From Amphiscolops sp. MND2022 (lineage: Eukaryota), in contig OZ076420.1 in the NCBI GenBank assembly GCA_964187785.1, forward strand, positions 18,538,001 to 18,602,000: a DNA stretch of 64,000 bases. Direction: 5' to 3'. Every line of letters begins with the position of its first letter. Positions within the stretch are counted from its first letter, which is position 1. Position numbers and translations under genes: made by a program. Positions 13,467 to 26,600 of this stretch are shown one piece after another. The notes beneath the pieces are model-generated. The model saw nothing but the letters and a program-made list of their open reading frames with translations. It ran no database searches and was not told the DNA's origin.

Positions 13467-14636
13467 CCAACAGTGCAAGGACAATCTTTTCTACAAACTC
13501 AATTAGATGCGTGGTACCCCATAGATTCCACAGACATGTCTTCAAACGCGCAAAATTGATTGAATTTCACTAGTTTTGTGGAAACCGAGACACCGTGAAC
13601 GCAATTCTGTGGAATCCCATAACATATATTTAAAGAAGTAGACGTGCCGTGGAAAAAGAGACAGCTGTCGGCATCTTTCTGGCTTAGTTTTCTTGTTTCT
13701 CAGAATCTGTATCTCGTATTCCACAACTTGATCTCAGAATCCGCAGAAGTGTCGGCTACTTACCTTTTATCTCTGAATCAAATTAATTTACTTAATTGAC
13801 AATATGGACGCAATACTTGTTTACCTCATGAATGTTTGGTTCCAACGACGGTTTCCCATAAGTTCAAGAGTTCTGGGAATTTTTTTTTCAAGTACAATCA
13901 CTATGGTCTAGTTTTTTTACCATCGACATTTTCTTCAGAAATGTTTTCAAAATACAAATTACAGCATAAATTTGACATCGAATATATATAGCCCGAACCA
14001 GGCCTTGATTGGTAAATAACTTTTGCATTAAAATGGTGCTGAAATCCTAATCTGATCTTGGTTCTAATGTGGAGGGGCGTATTTAACGGGAAATATCCAA
14101 CCGTTGATAATGCAATGAGGAAAACATGACAGACAATTAGTTCCAATCATGGGTTTTATTTTAAAAATGATTTATTTTGGTCTCACGTCCTAAGAGGGCA
14201 ACTATATTTTAACACCTTGAAAAGTAATACTTAGACTGTCAAAAGTAATAAAAGTTGGTTTCATTTTGGGGTCTTTTTTATATGATATTTTCCAATATTC
14301 ACAAATCTAGGAATCTAGGAAATATAGAAATCAAAGAAAACTAGAATTTTTGCGGATTCCAAGAGATTAAACCGAAGAGCAATTCCAAATTGGCGGAATC
14401 TAAGATAGCTAATTGAATCCAAGACGGTTAAGTGGCTCATTAAAAATATTTCCGTGAAAATTGGGTTTTGAATCCGCGGAAGCTAAGATTTTCTTACTTT
14501 CCGCAACATCATAGGTTCGGCTTTTCTTAGCGAACATCAAAGTGATTAAAACTTTTCAAGCGTGTCTCGGATTCCGCAAAAACTTTTCGTGGTTTCCGCA
14601 AAATACGCAGAAAAAGCATGTCTATGCACTGTAATG
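13467..14636. mobile_element. Non-autonomous DNA transposon, older copy of the 35842-36947 family
   Basis: Right end GCATGTCTATGCACTGTAATG (14616-14636) matches right TIR GCTTGCCTGTGCACTGTAATG at 17/21; left end CCAACAGTGCAAGGACAATC is a decayed TIR; CT flanks both sides; internal GGATTCC/GAATCC repeats. Confidence 0.65.
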
Positions 14637-15382
14637 CTGTATTTAGAACCATGATTCCCAGGAAAAGGAATGTCGTTTTTCCTGGGGTTTATGTAGTGCA
14701 CCTCAGGGGGCTAATGCACAATTTGTTGTGGCTTTGTTACCGTAAAATTGATAGTTACTTAAAAACTGAATTCATGATATATATGTATTCTTGTTCTCCT
14801 GAATGTGTTTATGCCTTCGACTAGAAGACAGAACGGAAAGGCTAGAAGGACTAGAGAAATAAGCTTATTGTACGTTCTGGAAAACATGGACAAAAAATTA
14901 GGTGATGGAAAGTCTAACCCTATTGAGAAGGATTTACCTAACACTAACAAAGTCTCAGTCAGTCATAACGACACTGAGGCCGTTTCCAATGATAAAAAAA
15001 ATCGTCGCAAGACAACGAGATTTGGGACTTTAATGTCGAAAACGAAATTCCTAGACATGATAGACTGATGATGTTGATGGAAGTACTCTCAAACGAAATA
15101 AACATGAGACTTTCTCAGGAATTGGATTACTTGATGTCCATGATGCACTCTCAGATCAACAGCTCTGCAATCAGTGATACAGTTAATCCCGAGACACAAA
15201 ATATTATAGTTTCGCTGTCATGGGGACAGAGGAACGCTGAGTTTGGAACTTCTGTTAATAACCAGGTCTGTTAAAAACCAGCGTAGCAGTGGAGAAACAA
15301 ACGGGTTAATAACAAACTTAACCAAAAAATGACTCTACATCTGCATTTGATCTGTCGGACACTGGCGACATGAGTTCCTACA

Positions 15383-15392
15383 TGGTGACAGG
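15383..15392 (+). promoter_or_regulatory. Putative primer binding site of element C
   Basis: CA|TGGTGACAGG, the same junction as the TSD-validated LTR/PBS boundary of element B. Confidence 0.6.
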
Positions 15393-15396
15393 CGCT

Positions 15397-17984
15397 ACCG
15401 TTACGCAACAACCGTTTCCCCAATTCCTGACTGGACGAATCCACTCTCAACCCAACCTTGAAACACAAGACTCGACCCAAACCGTATCCATGGAAACAAC
15501 TCTGCCAATGCTACAGCAATTACCACATGAACAGATAAGTTGGTATGATAGTAAACTTGCAGAACCAATCGACGACGATCCGAATATCACAGCCACCCCA
15601 GTGACATTCGACCATAAGACTGAAAAATTTGAACTCTTCGAGGACTTGTTCCATACAATGCTCTAAATGCAACAAGGAATGACAGAGCAAATGAAACTTA
15701 ACCATTTACAATCGTTGCTGCGAAAGGAGCACTGCTGACAATTAAGAACATCAATTCAATTAACTGTTGTCAAACTCCAGAGGACGTGCAGGCCATGTTC
15801 CGAAGGAATTACAACAAGCCGGAACCGCAAGTTACAGCAAAACACAAATAGGCACAGACTAGAATTTGACCCAAATGTCATGAAATTTTCCGGTTTCCTG
15901 GAAAAATTAATCCAAAGTGTCGGAAAGAATATTGGCGAAAACACACAGGGCATAATTGACATCCTATAATACGCCAAACTGTCATCAAAACTGGAACGAT
16001 CTGTCAATATGGTCCAATTGGCGAATGGTACATTTGACGAGATCGTGGCACATCTCGATCGAGAACTAGAACTTAACGCGCTGGAGGAGTCTGACGATTT
16101 GACGAAAGCCGCAATGGCATCAACCTCCAGCAACAACAAAAATCTACTGTCTTATGACAATGACACAAACAGAAACGCCTAATGCACTCACTGCAAGGTC
16201 AATGACCCTTCTTTGGAAAAATTGTCCAAAAATAGTAAGAAAGGGGACATGGACAGAAAAGATGGCAAAAAAACTCCAACTTCCTAATCACCGAACTTGC
16301 GGTAACACTAATCAACATGCAGAGAAATGCTGGAAAAACGCTGGCCCACACGTACGTCCTAAGATGACAAGAGCCGTTGATAAAGCAACGGACACCTCTG
16401 GAGATGAGCAAACGTCCAAAAAGGGTGCACTACGATTATGCATCTACATCTTGCCAATCGAAATCCTGGAAGACTGAGTAAAAAAACTAGTTGAACAATA
16501 ACTCTAAATACACGACTACATGTCGATACGACAACATGTCTCATCCGATCCTCCAATCGTTAAATATTTTTAATTTAGCAAAGATATAGATGGGACACAT
16601 TCTGTTGTCTGGCAGCGACAGATGGAAAAAACTATATCAAAACTTACAAATGTGCCCAGAATGATTGCCCAGATCCCTATATGGCAACAGACCGTTACGC
16701 AACAACCGTTTCCCCAATTCCTGACTGGACGAATCCACTCTCAACCCAACCTTGAAACACAAGACTCGACCCATACCGTATCCATGGAAACAACTCTGCC
16801 AATGCTACAGCAATTACCACATGAACAGATAAGTTGGTATGATAGTAAACTTGCAGAACCAATCGACGACGATCCGAATATCACAGCCACCCCAGTGACA
16901 TTCGACCATAAGACTGAAAAATTTGAACTCTTCGAGGACTTGTTCCATACAATGCTCTAAATGCAACAAGGAATGACAGAGCAAATGAAACTTAACCATT
17001 TACAATCGTTGCTGCGAAAGGAGCACTGCTGACAATTAAGAACATCAATTCAATTAACTGTTGTCAAACTCCAGAGGACGTGCAGGCCATGTTCCGAAGG
17101 AATTACAACAAGCCGGAACCGCAAGTTACAGCAAAACACAAATAGGCACAGACTAGAATTTGACCCAAATGTCATGAAATTTTCCGGTTTCCTGGAAAAA
17201 TTAATCCAAAGTGTCGGAAAGAATATTGGCGAAAACACACAGGGCATAATTGACATCCTATAATACGCCAAACTGTCATCAAAACTGGAACGATCTGTCA
17301 ATATGGTCCAATTGGCGAATGGTACATTTGACGAGATCGTGGCACATCTCGATCGAGAACTAGAACTTAACGCGCTGGAGGAGTCTGACGATTTGACGAA
17401 AGCCGCAATGGCATCAACCTCCAGCAACAACAAAAATCTACTGTCTTATGACAATGACACAAACAGAAACGCCTAATGCACTCACTGCAAGGTCAATGAC
17501 CCTTCTTTGGAAAAATTGTCCAAAAATAGTAAGAAAGGGGACATGGACAGAAAAGATGGCAAAAAAACTCCAACTTCCTAATCACCGAACTTGCGGTAAC
17601 ACTAATCAACATGCAGAGAAATGCTGGAAAAACGCTGGCCCACACGTACGTCCTAAGATGACAAGAGCCGTTGATAAAGCAACGGACACCTCTGGAGATG
17701 AGCAAACGTCCAAAAAGGGTGCACTACGATTATGCATCTACATCTTGCCAATCGAAATCCTGGAAGACTGAGTAAAAAAACTAGTTGAACAATAACTCTA
17801 AATACCCGACTACATGTCGATACGACAACATGTCTCATCCGATCCTCCAATCGTTAAATATTTTTAATTTAGCAAAGATATAGATGGGACACATTCTGTT
17901 GTCTGGCAGCGACAGATGGAAAAAACTATATCAAAACTTACAAATGTGCCCAGAATGATTGCCCAGATCCCTATATGGCAACAG
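15397..17984 (+). repeat. Head-to-tail tandem duplication, 2 x 1294 bp, of the gag/gag-pol region
   Basis: 15397-16690 equals 16691-17984; ORF track repeats at offset 1294; two substitutions noticed; both copies share the same stops. Confidence 0.95.
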
Positions 17985-18904
17985 ACTACACTGCAGACTT
18001 TGAAACTAAAATTCGTCCGCTACAGACAATCGAAGTATACAACCCCCATTAAATCAACCCAGACTACGATACTGATCCTTACTGGGACGATTCCCTGAAT
18101 AATCAGCAGAAAATGCAATTCAAATGCAAAGAGTACCATCCAACTGACGACGACGATTCCCAGATAGCGGACAACAAATTATCTCGGGCCCTCATTGAAC
18201 TTTGGCAGTCAAATGCTGAAATGAAAGCAACAAGTGAAAACGAGGAGAAGGATACCAACATGAAAGAGAACCTCGGGCTACAACCGGCGTACTCGATGAG
18301 GAGGACAGCTTATAAAAGACGGATGTTATATTTCACATTGAACTGATCAATATTGGTGCTTATCTAGCGCAATCCCTGATGCCGACCTCATGAAAATCTT
18401 CCTTCGAGACCCACAATCAATAGTCGAGGCCCTGCATCGACCTTCTAAAGCATGGTTGCAAACAGTCAATTAGAATCGCTGAAGAGCACAGTCGACTTGA
18501 AACATCGAAGTTGAAGACATAGAAATTCATGAGACATTTATAGTAATGGAAAAATTAACTTGCCCGATCATAGAAAACTCAAAGGAACCACAGTCCTTAT
18601 TATGCTTCAAGGAATCCTCAATTTTCCTATGCAATTTAAAACGGCAGATCACAGGTGATTAAATGTCATGGAGCCCATACTTAACACGGAAGACGTGGCA
18701 ATTCCGCCAAACGGCCACACAGGCGTTATCATTCAAACCCAGACCTACTCCGAAAATGCAGTCACAAAATTTCCACAGCCCAGTGACATTCTGCATGATG
18801 AAGGGGATGTAATTTTTTGCACCGCAGTCGTCACACTGTCGGAATGGATGGTGAAATCACATGTCAATAGCTCAGCTATTGACATGTACTTTCACCATCC
18901 ATGC

Positions 18905-19007
18905 AAAATAGCTATATGCAGTCATTTTTTGAGGTTGTATGGTTGATCGGTGAAGGCTTCACCGATCAACCATACAACCTCAAAAAATGACTGCATATAG
19001 CTATTTT
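18905..19007. repeat. Perfect palindrome, 51-bp arms with 1-nt centre
   Basis: AAAATAGCTATATGCAGTCATTTTTTGAGGTTGTATGGTTGATCGGTGAAG-G-CTTCACCGATCAACCATACAACCTCAAAAAATGACTGCATATAGCTATTTT. Confidence 0.95.
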
Positions 19008-20178
19008 CTCGGTCAAGACACAAAAAGCATGTCAAACCAGTAGACCGAATGTCCACATGGCATGTACTGAACGAAAACGAAGATCATTCGACTTACTATA
19101 TCAGCAGACTGTTTAAAGCGAACCGGAACAACGACCAATAGGAACAAAATTAGTTTCCGACATTCGAAAACCAAGGGGGACGAGGAGTTCCACAGGCCAA
19201 TTCCAAAACGAGTCCTAGAAGAAGCAACTTCAGAGAAGCCTAAAAACTGGACCCGCAGATCAGTAAAGAATCACGTCACAAACTCCCCAGTAACTTTTTC
19301 TGGAAGGACTCATTGCTTCAACAGTATGGAATAAAACAAATTGAAATGCTCCTATTCGAGTTTCCGAGTTTCACAACATATTCGCACAACACATTGGCAA
19401 AAACTAAGAATTCACAGTCAAACTGACCCCAAAGGACAATTTTTCTGTTTATAGGCGGAGAAAGTCTTCCAAACTCAGTCGACCTAAAAGAGGGCATACT
19501 AGTCGAACTGGCATACTAGTTATTTCACAGATATGTCATTAGCACCACACTGCCATTTTCAAGTTTCAAAATACGCAAAATAAACAAGCCAAATACAGAA
19601 GAAAACTAATGGGAAACTGAGACTGCTAGTCGACCAGAGGAAGAGCAAAAACCTCAGATGATTATTTAAAACAACTATTTTAAACAATAATCAGCCAGTG
19701 AGCACCCTCACAGACGCTGCTCAACATATCGAAGCAAAGACACATGTCTGCAAAGTCCACTGTACCTTAGCTTACCAAAGCTTCCTCAAGTTCGCCAGCA
19801 GGACGTTTGCCTACAAGAGATTGGCGCAGGGCCTTAGCAGTGCTCTGTCAGCCTTCTCAAAGCTTCATGCGAGAATGCCCAGACAGAGATAAGAGTGGAC
19901 GAATGTGCCCAATGTGTGGACTTCAACGGCATGGCAGCCAACGATGCCCGATGCCAATCACCTCATGAAGAAGCTGAGAGCAATGTTTGAATGCATTAGA
20001 GATGCCGGAATACACCTGACAATGCACAAAAGCGAGTTTGGTGCGATCTAAATTGGTTTCCTAGGAAAAGGGATCACCCCAGAGGAAGGCAAGCCTCAAA
20101 AAGAAAAACTCACAACCTTCTTGAAAAAAAACAGACTTCCCGAAATCCAAAAAAGCCTTACGAGGATATCTTGGGTTT

Positions 20179-20378
20179 NNNNNNNNNNNNNNNNNNNNNN
20201 NNNNNNNNNNNNNNNNNNNNNNNNNNNNNNNNNNNNNNNNNNNNNNNNNNNNNNNNNNNNNNNNNNNNNNNNNNNNNNNNNNNNNNNNNNNNNNNNNNNN
20301 NNNNNNNNNNNNNNNNNNNNNNNNNNNNNNNNNNNNNNNNNNNNNNNNNNNNNNNNNNNNNNNNNNNNNNNNNNNNNN
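20179..20378. other. Assembly gap (200 N)
   Basis: Run of N. Confidence 1.
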
Positions 20379-20399
20379 TAAGGCACAAACTTTGATAGC

Positions 20400-20760
20400 T
20401 TTGTTACCGTAATATTGAAACTTACACAATAACTGGATTGTGGAAGTATTTTCTTATGCTCCTGTACGATTTTTGTGCCTGTACGATTTTTATGCCTTCG
20501 ACTAGAAGACAGAAAGCAAAGGCTAGAGAGGTTAGAGAAATAAACTTATTGTCTGTTTTCGATAATATTGATAATAATTCTAACCCCAGTGTGCGGGAAA
20601 TAACTAATTATATCAATGGCTCAGTCAGCCATAACGACACTGAGGCCTTTTCCAATAATAGAGGACATTCATCACAAGAGAACGAGACGAGGGACTTTAA
20701 TGTCGAAATCGGAATGAACGGTTTAAAAACAACAATCATTTTTAAAAGAAAGGTGTAAAA
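20400..20760 (+). mobile_element. Second, diverged copy of the element C LTR/gag-start region (possible 3' LTR, or a separate insertion)
   Basis: GCTTTGTTACCGTAA and TTTATGCCTTCGACTAGAAGACAGA..CTCAGTCAGYCATAACGACACTGAGGCC shared with 14730-14985; encodes MPSTRRQKAKAR. Confidence 0.7.
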
Positions 20761-21077
20761 ACGAAAACAAGTACTCTTGGTCTGCGTTTGTATTACCGGA
20801 CACTGGTAATCTGAGTCCGTACAGCAATCACTGAAATGAAAACCCTGAATAACAAAAACCCTAAACTCTTTCTTCTCAATCAAAAGACATGTTACGCCTG
20901 AGAAAATATCGTTACGAGCATAGTTCCGAAAAGACATATTGATTAAAAAACTTGTTTTCAAGACAATCGGTGATTTCCGCGGAACCCAATTCTCGATATT
21001 TGACAAACTGAGACATTTTGGAAGTCCAGTTTTATTTTTTGTAGACGCAATTTTTCGCAGGGTAGAGGCATCGAGAT

Positions 21078-22678
21078 TGTTGGAGTTCCCTACGGCGTAA
21101 GACGACGTCGCAGTGGAACCACCATTTTGCTTATCTCTTTCCTCGTTCTGGCTTATGATCTTTTCCATTATAGCTTTTAACATTGCCATTTCGTCGTGTA
21201 AGCGATTAAACCTTTTTTCGTTATCACGTTGTGTAGAATTTTCGTTGGTTGGCGAATTTCTACCAGACTGATTTGTTTCATCTGCGGAATTGCTAGAAGA
21301 TTCCATGTTCGAGATAAGATCAAGATTTGTGGTTTTAGTAGGAGAATGGGTGAAGAATTCGTCAATACCTTGCCAATATAGTTTTAGGTCTATCGATTGT
21401 ATACGTTTAAGAGCAGTTAAAGCAAGTACTCGAACAGTGTAGCTATAGCGTCGTGTGTGTTTTTTGGTGGCCCCCTCACCAGATCGATGGCAAGACTCAA
21501 TTCTTACCATAGCTTCGTTCTCATTGGTCGTTGTGTGTGGTGCCAATTAGCTATTGGTCATGTGACCAGTTTCTGCATGTCGCAAGAGGGCTACCAACTA
21601 TAAATCGCGCGCTAAATCCATTTGAATCAATTAGCATGAATTTATAATGAACTAACACCAACAGGCGCTTGTCCTGAGTCATGGTAATTACTGCAAGTGT
21701 GCTAAATTGATGTAAAATGGACAGAAATCAAGTTCTGATCTTCGGAGATGTATAAATGATGATTTGCTAGCACTGAATGAATTACAAGGTAAAAAACATC
21801 CAGTTTTGTCGTTTCCCCATCGTTCTACACCAGTTGATCACATTAATATGGTAGTAGATGAAATACAGATGAAATGGGTGTAGTCGGTGGTCTGCGCAAT
21901 CAACTAGATGTGAAAACGATGAATCGTGTGAGCAGGGGAGAGTAATTCAATAGGTGAGAGTAGTTTCATCGTTTCTTCATCGTCAGTGACTTTCGTCCTT
22001 TGCGATGTCCAAACGATGAAAGAATTTCATCGTTTCTTCATCGCTTGTATGTTCGCGTCAAACTAACAATTATTAACGTTGTATAAACGATGAAACATTT
22101 CCATCGGTTTTACATCGTCGTGTAAGTTAGCGTCAATTGAAGAAATAACAAGTTTCATCGGTTTCACATCGTCATTCTAAATTCTCTTTCCTGGCTGTGC
22201 TATTTGGCCTGACGATGTAATATAGATAAAACTTGTTCACTTTGTACTAGAATAAGAGATTCAGCACAGATTTCATCGTTTTAGCATCTTCAATAAATTA
22301 TTAGACTTGTCACGTTAGTTTGCTCTGAGGCAGGAGCTTCCTAACGGTCTTAGTTCTATTTTCTCCATTTAGCGGTCCAGTTTGACCGAGAAAACTATCT
22401 TCCTTTCTCGTGGCAAGCCATTAAATATAAAATAGCATCATTTGCTTGTTAGCACGATCATGAATTCCGGACAAACGAAACTAGAATGCTCAATAGTAAA
22501 TAAATAAATAGCTCAAATCTTACTAGGGAAATAGGGGATTAGGTACAAGTAACGTAGGGTTGCTCACAACCATAGATCTTATTATATGACATCATATTGC
22601 CCATATCTAAGTACATAAGACATATTATTTACATTACAGATATTTAGTAGATTATATTTCCATCATGCTGGCATGACA
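21078..22678 (-). repeat. 3' LTR of element B (1601 bp)
   Basis: Minus strand TGTCATGCCAGC...CTCCAACA; colinear with 37506-39063; lacks the 79 bp at 37804-37882 that hold the gag ATG. Confidence 0.95.
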
Positions 22679-22849
22679 CTCCCGGGGGGATTTGGAAGGG
22701 GAGCGCAGGGGCCAAATGTGCAGAGGATGGTTGTCGCAGCGTGGGCTTTGACATTTTCCTTCGTTGGTCTCAGGGGAGTAGCCTTCGTTGGTTCTCAATT
22801 GTTTGGTGCCTTCGTTGGTTTTGTCTCATTTGTATCTTCTCTGAGAAGG

Positions 22850-23600
22850 AGACGTCTTTCATCGGGTTAATATCGGCTGTGAACTTGGTTATTTCGGTTA
22901 GAGTTGGACGCGTCAGTTCTAGTTCTTGGCCCGTCGAATGTCCGCGGATCGGCTTCTTTGGCTGTCAGGAGTGGATGTAGAATCTCGTTTTATAACTAGT
23001 GTGAGTTGGCGGAGATGAGGTCATAGTTGTTTGGTTCATCAAAGAGAGTGAAACAACATGTGAAAAAAGTTGAATGGACTGTGGTTGGAATTTCAAAACA
23101 AGCGTGAACGAGAATGAGGTAATATTGAATGAGCGGTTGCGATAAGAATTCCAACTGTGTGCGAGCAGGAAACGTTCAGTTATTGTAATTAGTCATTAGG
23201 TCAATAGTGTAGCCACAATTTCGAGTGCGTTTTTCCGCTGAGTGTGTAAATCATTCAAATTGCTAACGACGCTGGCACCTGCATCTAACTATTTGAGAAG
23301 ATTTTCACTGAATTTTGAGTAAATAAATGTAGTCAAACCGTAGTTTCCTCTGCTAGTTGGTGGAAGGAGATAGAGAAATTGCATCAATCTTGAAGAATTT
23401 TGGTCAGATTTTTCTTCTTTTTGACTTGATTATTGTTAAATGTAGTCGAAACGTTGTTTGTTCCTTTGAATTTGGGAGATAAATCTGTGTCATATCACGG
23501 TTGATCAGGCCATCATAATTGTCGTTTATCCATGTTTTCGTTTCGTCAAATTGATTGCGCAATAATTATCTACCTTCATTCATGTTCTATTATTTCAGAT
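22850..23600 (-). pseudogene. Decayed sense-strand ORF just upstream of the 3' LTR, unknown function
   Basis: Protein-like frame with scattered stops (FHQLAEETTV*LHLFTQN..CGYTIDLMTNYNN*TFPARTQLEFLSQPLIQYYLILVHACFEIP). Confidence 0.4.
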
Positions 23601-23632
23601 TGCAATCGCTGTTTCTTTGCTCTATCGTCACG

Positions 23633-26600
23633 ATGTCGGACAATCGAGAGTCAATTGAAGAGATGAATGTACTGAGTGAGTAATCGAACTTCCATCGTTA
23701 TCCCAGTTCAGGTTTTGGGCACGCGTATTTTTAATGTTACACATTATTTAGCTGCTGAAGAAAGAATGACGCCGTCCGGGTCTGGGAGCCCAAGAGTCTA
23801 TGCAGAACTCACTGGTGTGGGTCCAATTACGACGGTCCAAACTCCCATATCGCATCATCCGTTGGTGCCCATGTATCCCCAATGTGAGTCATATTCCGTC
23901 TGTTCATCAATTCCATCGTGTATCCATCATCAATCAATCGCCATGTTATTTCAGTTTACACTCCTTGGCAACAACCGCTGGGTTCTTTGTCCTTGGGGTT
24001 GTACGAAAGGTACTTGCGTAGTACCGTGAGAGAAGAGCCTGCTAGTGCCAGAAAGTCAATTTTCATGTGTACTGTCTTTCTTGGCTAGCTCTGTTAGCGT
24101 ATATATGCTGGTTACATGAGTTTCATGGGTTTCTCATCGTGATTGTGGTAGCGATGTAAGAACGATGAGTGTTGTTATTTTCAGTCCCTCGTGAGGTGCA
24201 GTCAGTTGTGAGCCCTGTCGTTCAACATTTTGTGTCTGTGGCTTGTGGACGTGAAGTGTCTGAGCCACCGTGTGACGTTGCTACCCAAACGCGTCGCCAG
24301 TTTGCAGTTGGGTCTCCTTCTGAGATTCCAGACAGCGTCGGGGCGGTCTCTGATGATGAGCAGAGGGAGTCAGAGGAGATGAACCTTGATGTAGCTGAAG
24401 ATGTCGTGAGGCCCTCTGGAAGTGTTGCCGTTGTGGGTGAGGCGGGGGCTTCCATTTTGGATTCATCTGTTCCTTCGTCGTCGGCTGTTGGTAGAAGGCC
24501 AGTTCGGGCAGGTAAACTAAACAGCTTCATCGATCATGCGATTCACTGTTTTCTAAGTTTTCAGTATTTTTTCTTGACTACTTAGGCGATTATTTAGGTT
24601 TTGTTTTCGATTTTGTTCTTTCTTATTTCTCAATATTTCGTTTTCAGTGTTTTTATCGTTTTTACATCGTGGGAGTTTTCTTTAGCTGATGCAGTTAAAA
24701 CATCGTTTTTTCATCGTTATAGTTACTAGAACTGAAGTCCCTTCTGTCCTGCGGTTCGTCGTGTAAGCGATTAAACCTTTTTTCGTTATCACGTTGTGTA
24801 GAATTTTCGTTGGTTGGCGAATTTTTACCAGACTGATTTGTTTCATCTGCGGAATTGCTAGAAGATTCCATGTTCGAGATAAGATCAAGATTTGTGGTTT
24901 TAGTAGGAGAATGGGTGAAGAATTCGTCAATACCTTGCCAATATAGTTTTAGGTCTATCGATTGTATACGTTTAAGAGCAGTTAAAGCAAGTACTCGAAC
25001 AGTGTAGCTATAGCGTCGTGTGTGTTTTTTGGTGGCCCCCTCACCAGATCGATGGCAAGACTCAATTCTTACCATAGCTTCGTTCTCATTGGTCGTTGTG
25101 TGTGGTGCTAATTAGCTATTGGTCATGTGACCAGTTTCTGCATGTCGCAAGAGGGCTACCAACTATAAATCGCGCGCTAAATCCATTTGAATCAATTAGC
25201 ATGAATTTATAATGAACTAACACCAACAGGCGCTTGTCCTGAGTCATGGTAATTACTGCAAGTGTGTAATTATTACTGCAATTACTGTTCATCAATTCCA
25301 TCGTGTATCCATCATCAATCAATCGCCATGTTATTTCAGTTTACACTCCTTGGCAACAACCGCTGGGTTCTTTGTCCTTGGGGTTGTACGAAAGGTACTT
25401 GCGTAGTACCGTGAGAGAAGAGCCTGCTAGTGCCAGAAAGTCAATTTTCATGTGTACTGTCTTTCTTGGCTAGCTCTGTTAGCGTATATATGCTGGTTAC
25501 ATGAGTTTCATGGGTTTCTCATCGTGATTGTGGTAGCGATGTAAGAACGATGAGTGTTGTTATTTTCAGTCCCTCGTGAGGTGCAGTCAGTTGTGAGCCC
25601 TGTCGTTCAACATTTTGTGTCTGTGGCTTGTGGACGTGAAGTGTCTGAGCCACCGTGTGACGTTGCTACCCAAACGCGTCGCCAGTTTGCAGTTGGGTCT
25701 CCTTCTGAGATTCCAGACAGCGTCGGGGCGGTCTCTGATGATGAGCAGAGGGAGTCAGAGGAGATGAACCTTGATGTAGCTGAAGATGTCGTGAGGCCCT
25801 CTGGAAGTGTTGCCGTTGTGGGTGAGGCGGGGGCTTCCATTTTGGATTCATCTGTTCCTTCGTCGTCGGCTGTTGGTAGAAGGCCAGTTCGGGCAGGTAA
25901 ACTAAACAGCTTCATCGATCATGCGATTCACTGTTTTCTAAGTTTTCAGTATTTTTTCTTGACTACTTAGGCGATTATTTAGGTTTTGTTTTCGATTTTG
26001 TTCTTTCGTATTTCTCAATATTTCGTTTTCAGTGTTTTTATCGTTTTTACATCGTGGGAGTTTTCTTTAGCTGATGCAGTTAAAACATCGTTTTTTCATC
26101 GTTATAGTTACTAGAACTGAAGTCCCTTCTGTCCTGCGGTCAGTAGGGTGGTTGCATCGGTTTTCCATCTGATTTTGTTTTAGTGGCGTGGAATAGCATT
26201 AAAGCGACGTGGTTTCTGCACCGTTATGCAGGAACTTCGCTTGGTTTTGCTCGGGAGCATCGTTCGTCCGATGCGTATGTGCGGTGCCTTCTATGCCGTT
26301 GCGATCTGAAGGTCGGCAGTCGAGGAATCTCAACATTTCTTGAACATTGTCGCGGTGTGATACATCATAAGCTGGATTGCATAGTGCGTTTACGGCGTGG
26401 TCTGTTGCTACGAAGGCCAACCGGTGCTGTGATGAGAGTTGCAGAAGCAGCTCAGATGGAGTTACGCGGGCTATCGATACCAGACGTCGAGGTGTGTCCT
26501 TCGTTGTCAGTGCAGGACGTATTTCGGATTGAGTCAGGAGGTGGAAGTATCTGGAGGTCGACCGTGCAGGAGGTGCCTGATACGGAACGCAGCCTTAGAA

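Larger units (their letters stand above)
14700..20178 (+). mobile_element. Degenerate Ty3/Gypsy element C (LTR-gag-PR-RT), cut by assembly gap
   Basis: gag start MPSTRRQ (14811); FDHKTEKFELFEDLFHTML; decayed CCHC (TCGNTNQHAEKC); candidate slippery site AAAAAAC-TAG at 16481-16490; PR remnant ~18300-18550; RT remnants 19400-20178 (KVHCTLAY, RLAQGLSSALSAFS). Confidence 0.85.

Noticed and set aside
20061-20429. ORFs spanning N runs (also 51685-52257)
   Set aside because: Artefacts of the assembly gaps; only the 52421-52013 SET portion is supported
20608-21546. 312-aa ORF as a gene
   Set aside because: Chance read-through from 3' LTR sequence across the insertion junction into flanking repeat DNA; same explanation for 24695-25075
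21520-21550. TGGCACCACAC as the PBS of element B
   Set aside because: It lies inside the LTR in both copies; the true boundary is fixed by the TSD and by CA|TGGTGACAGG
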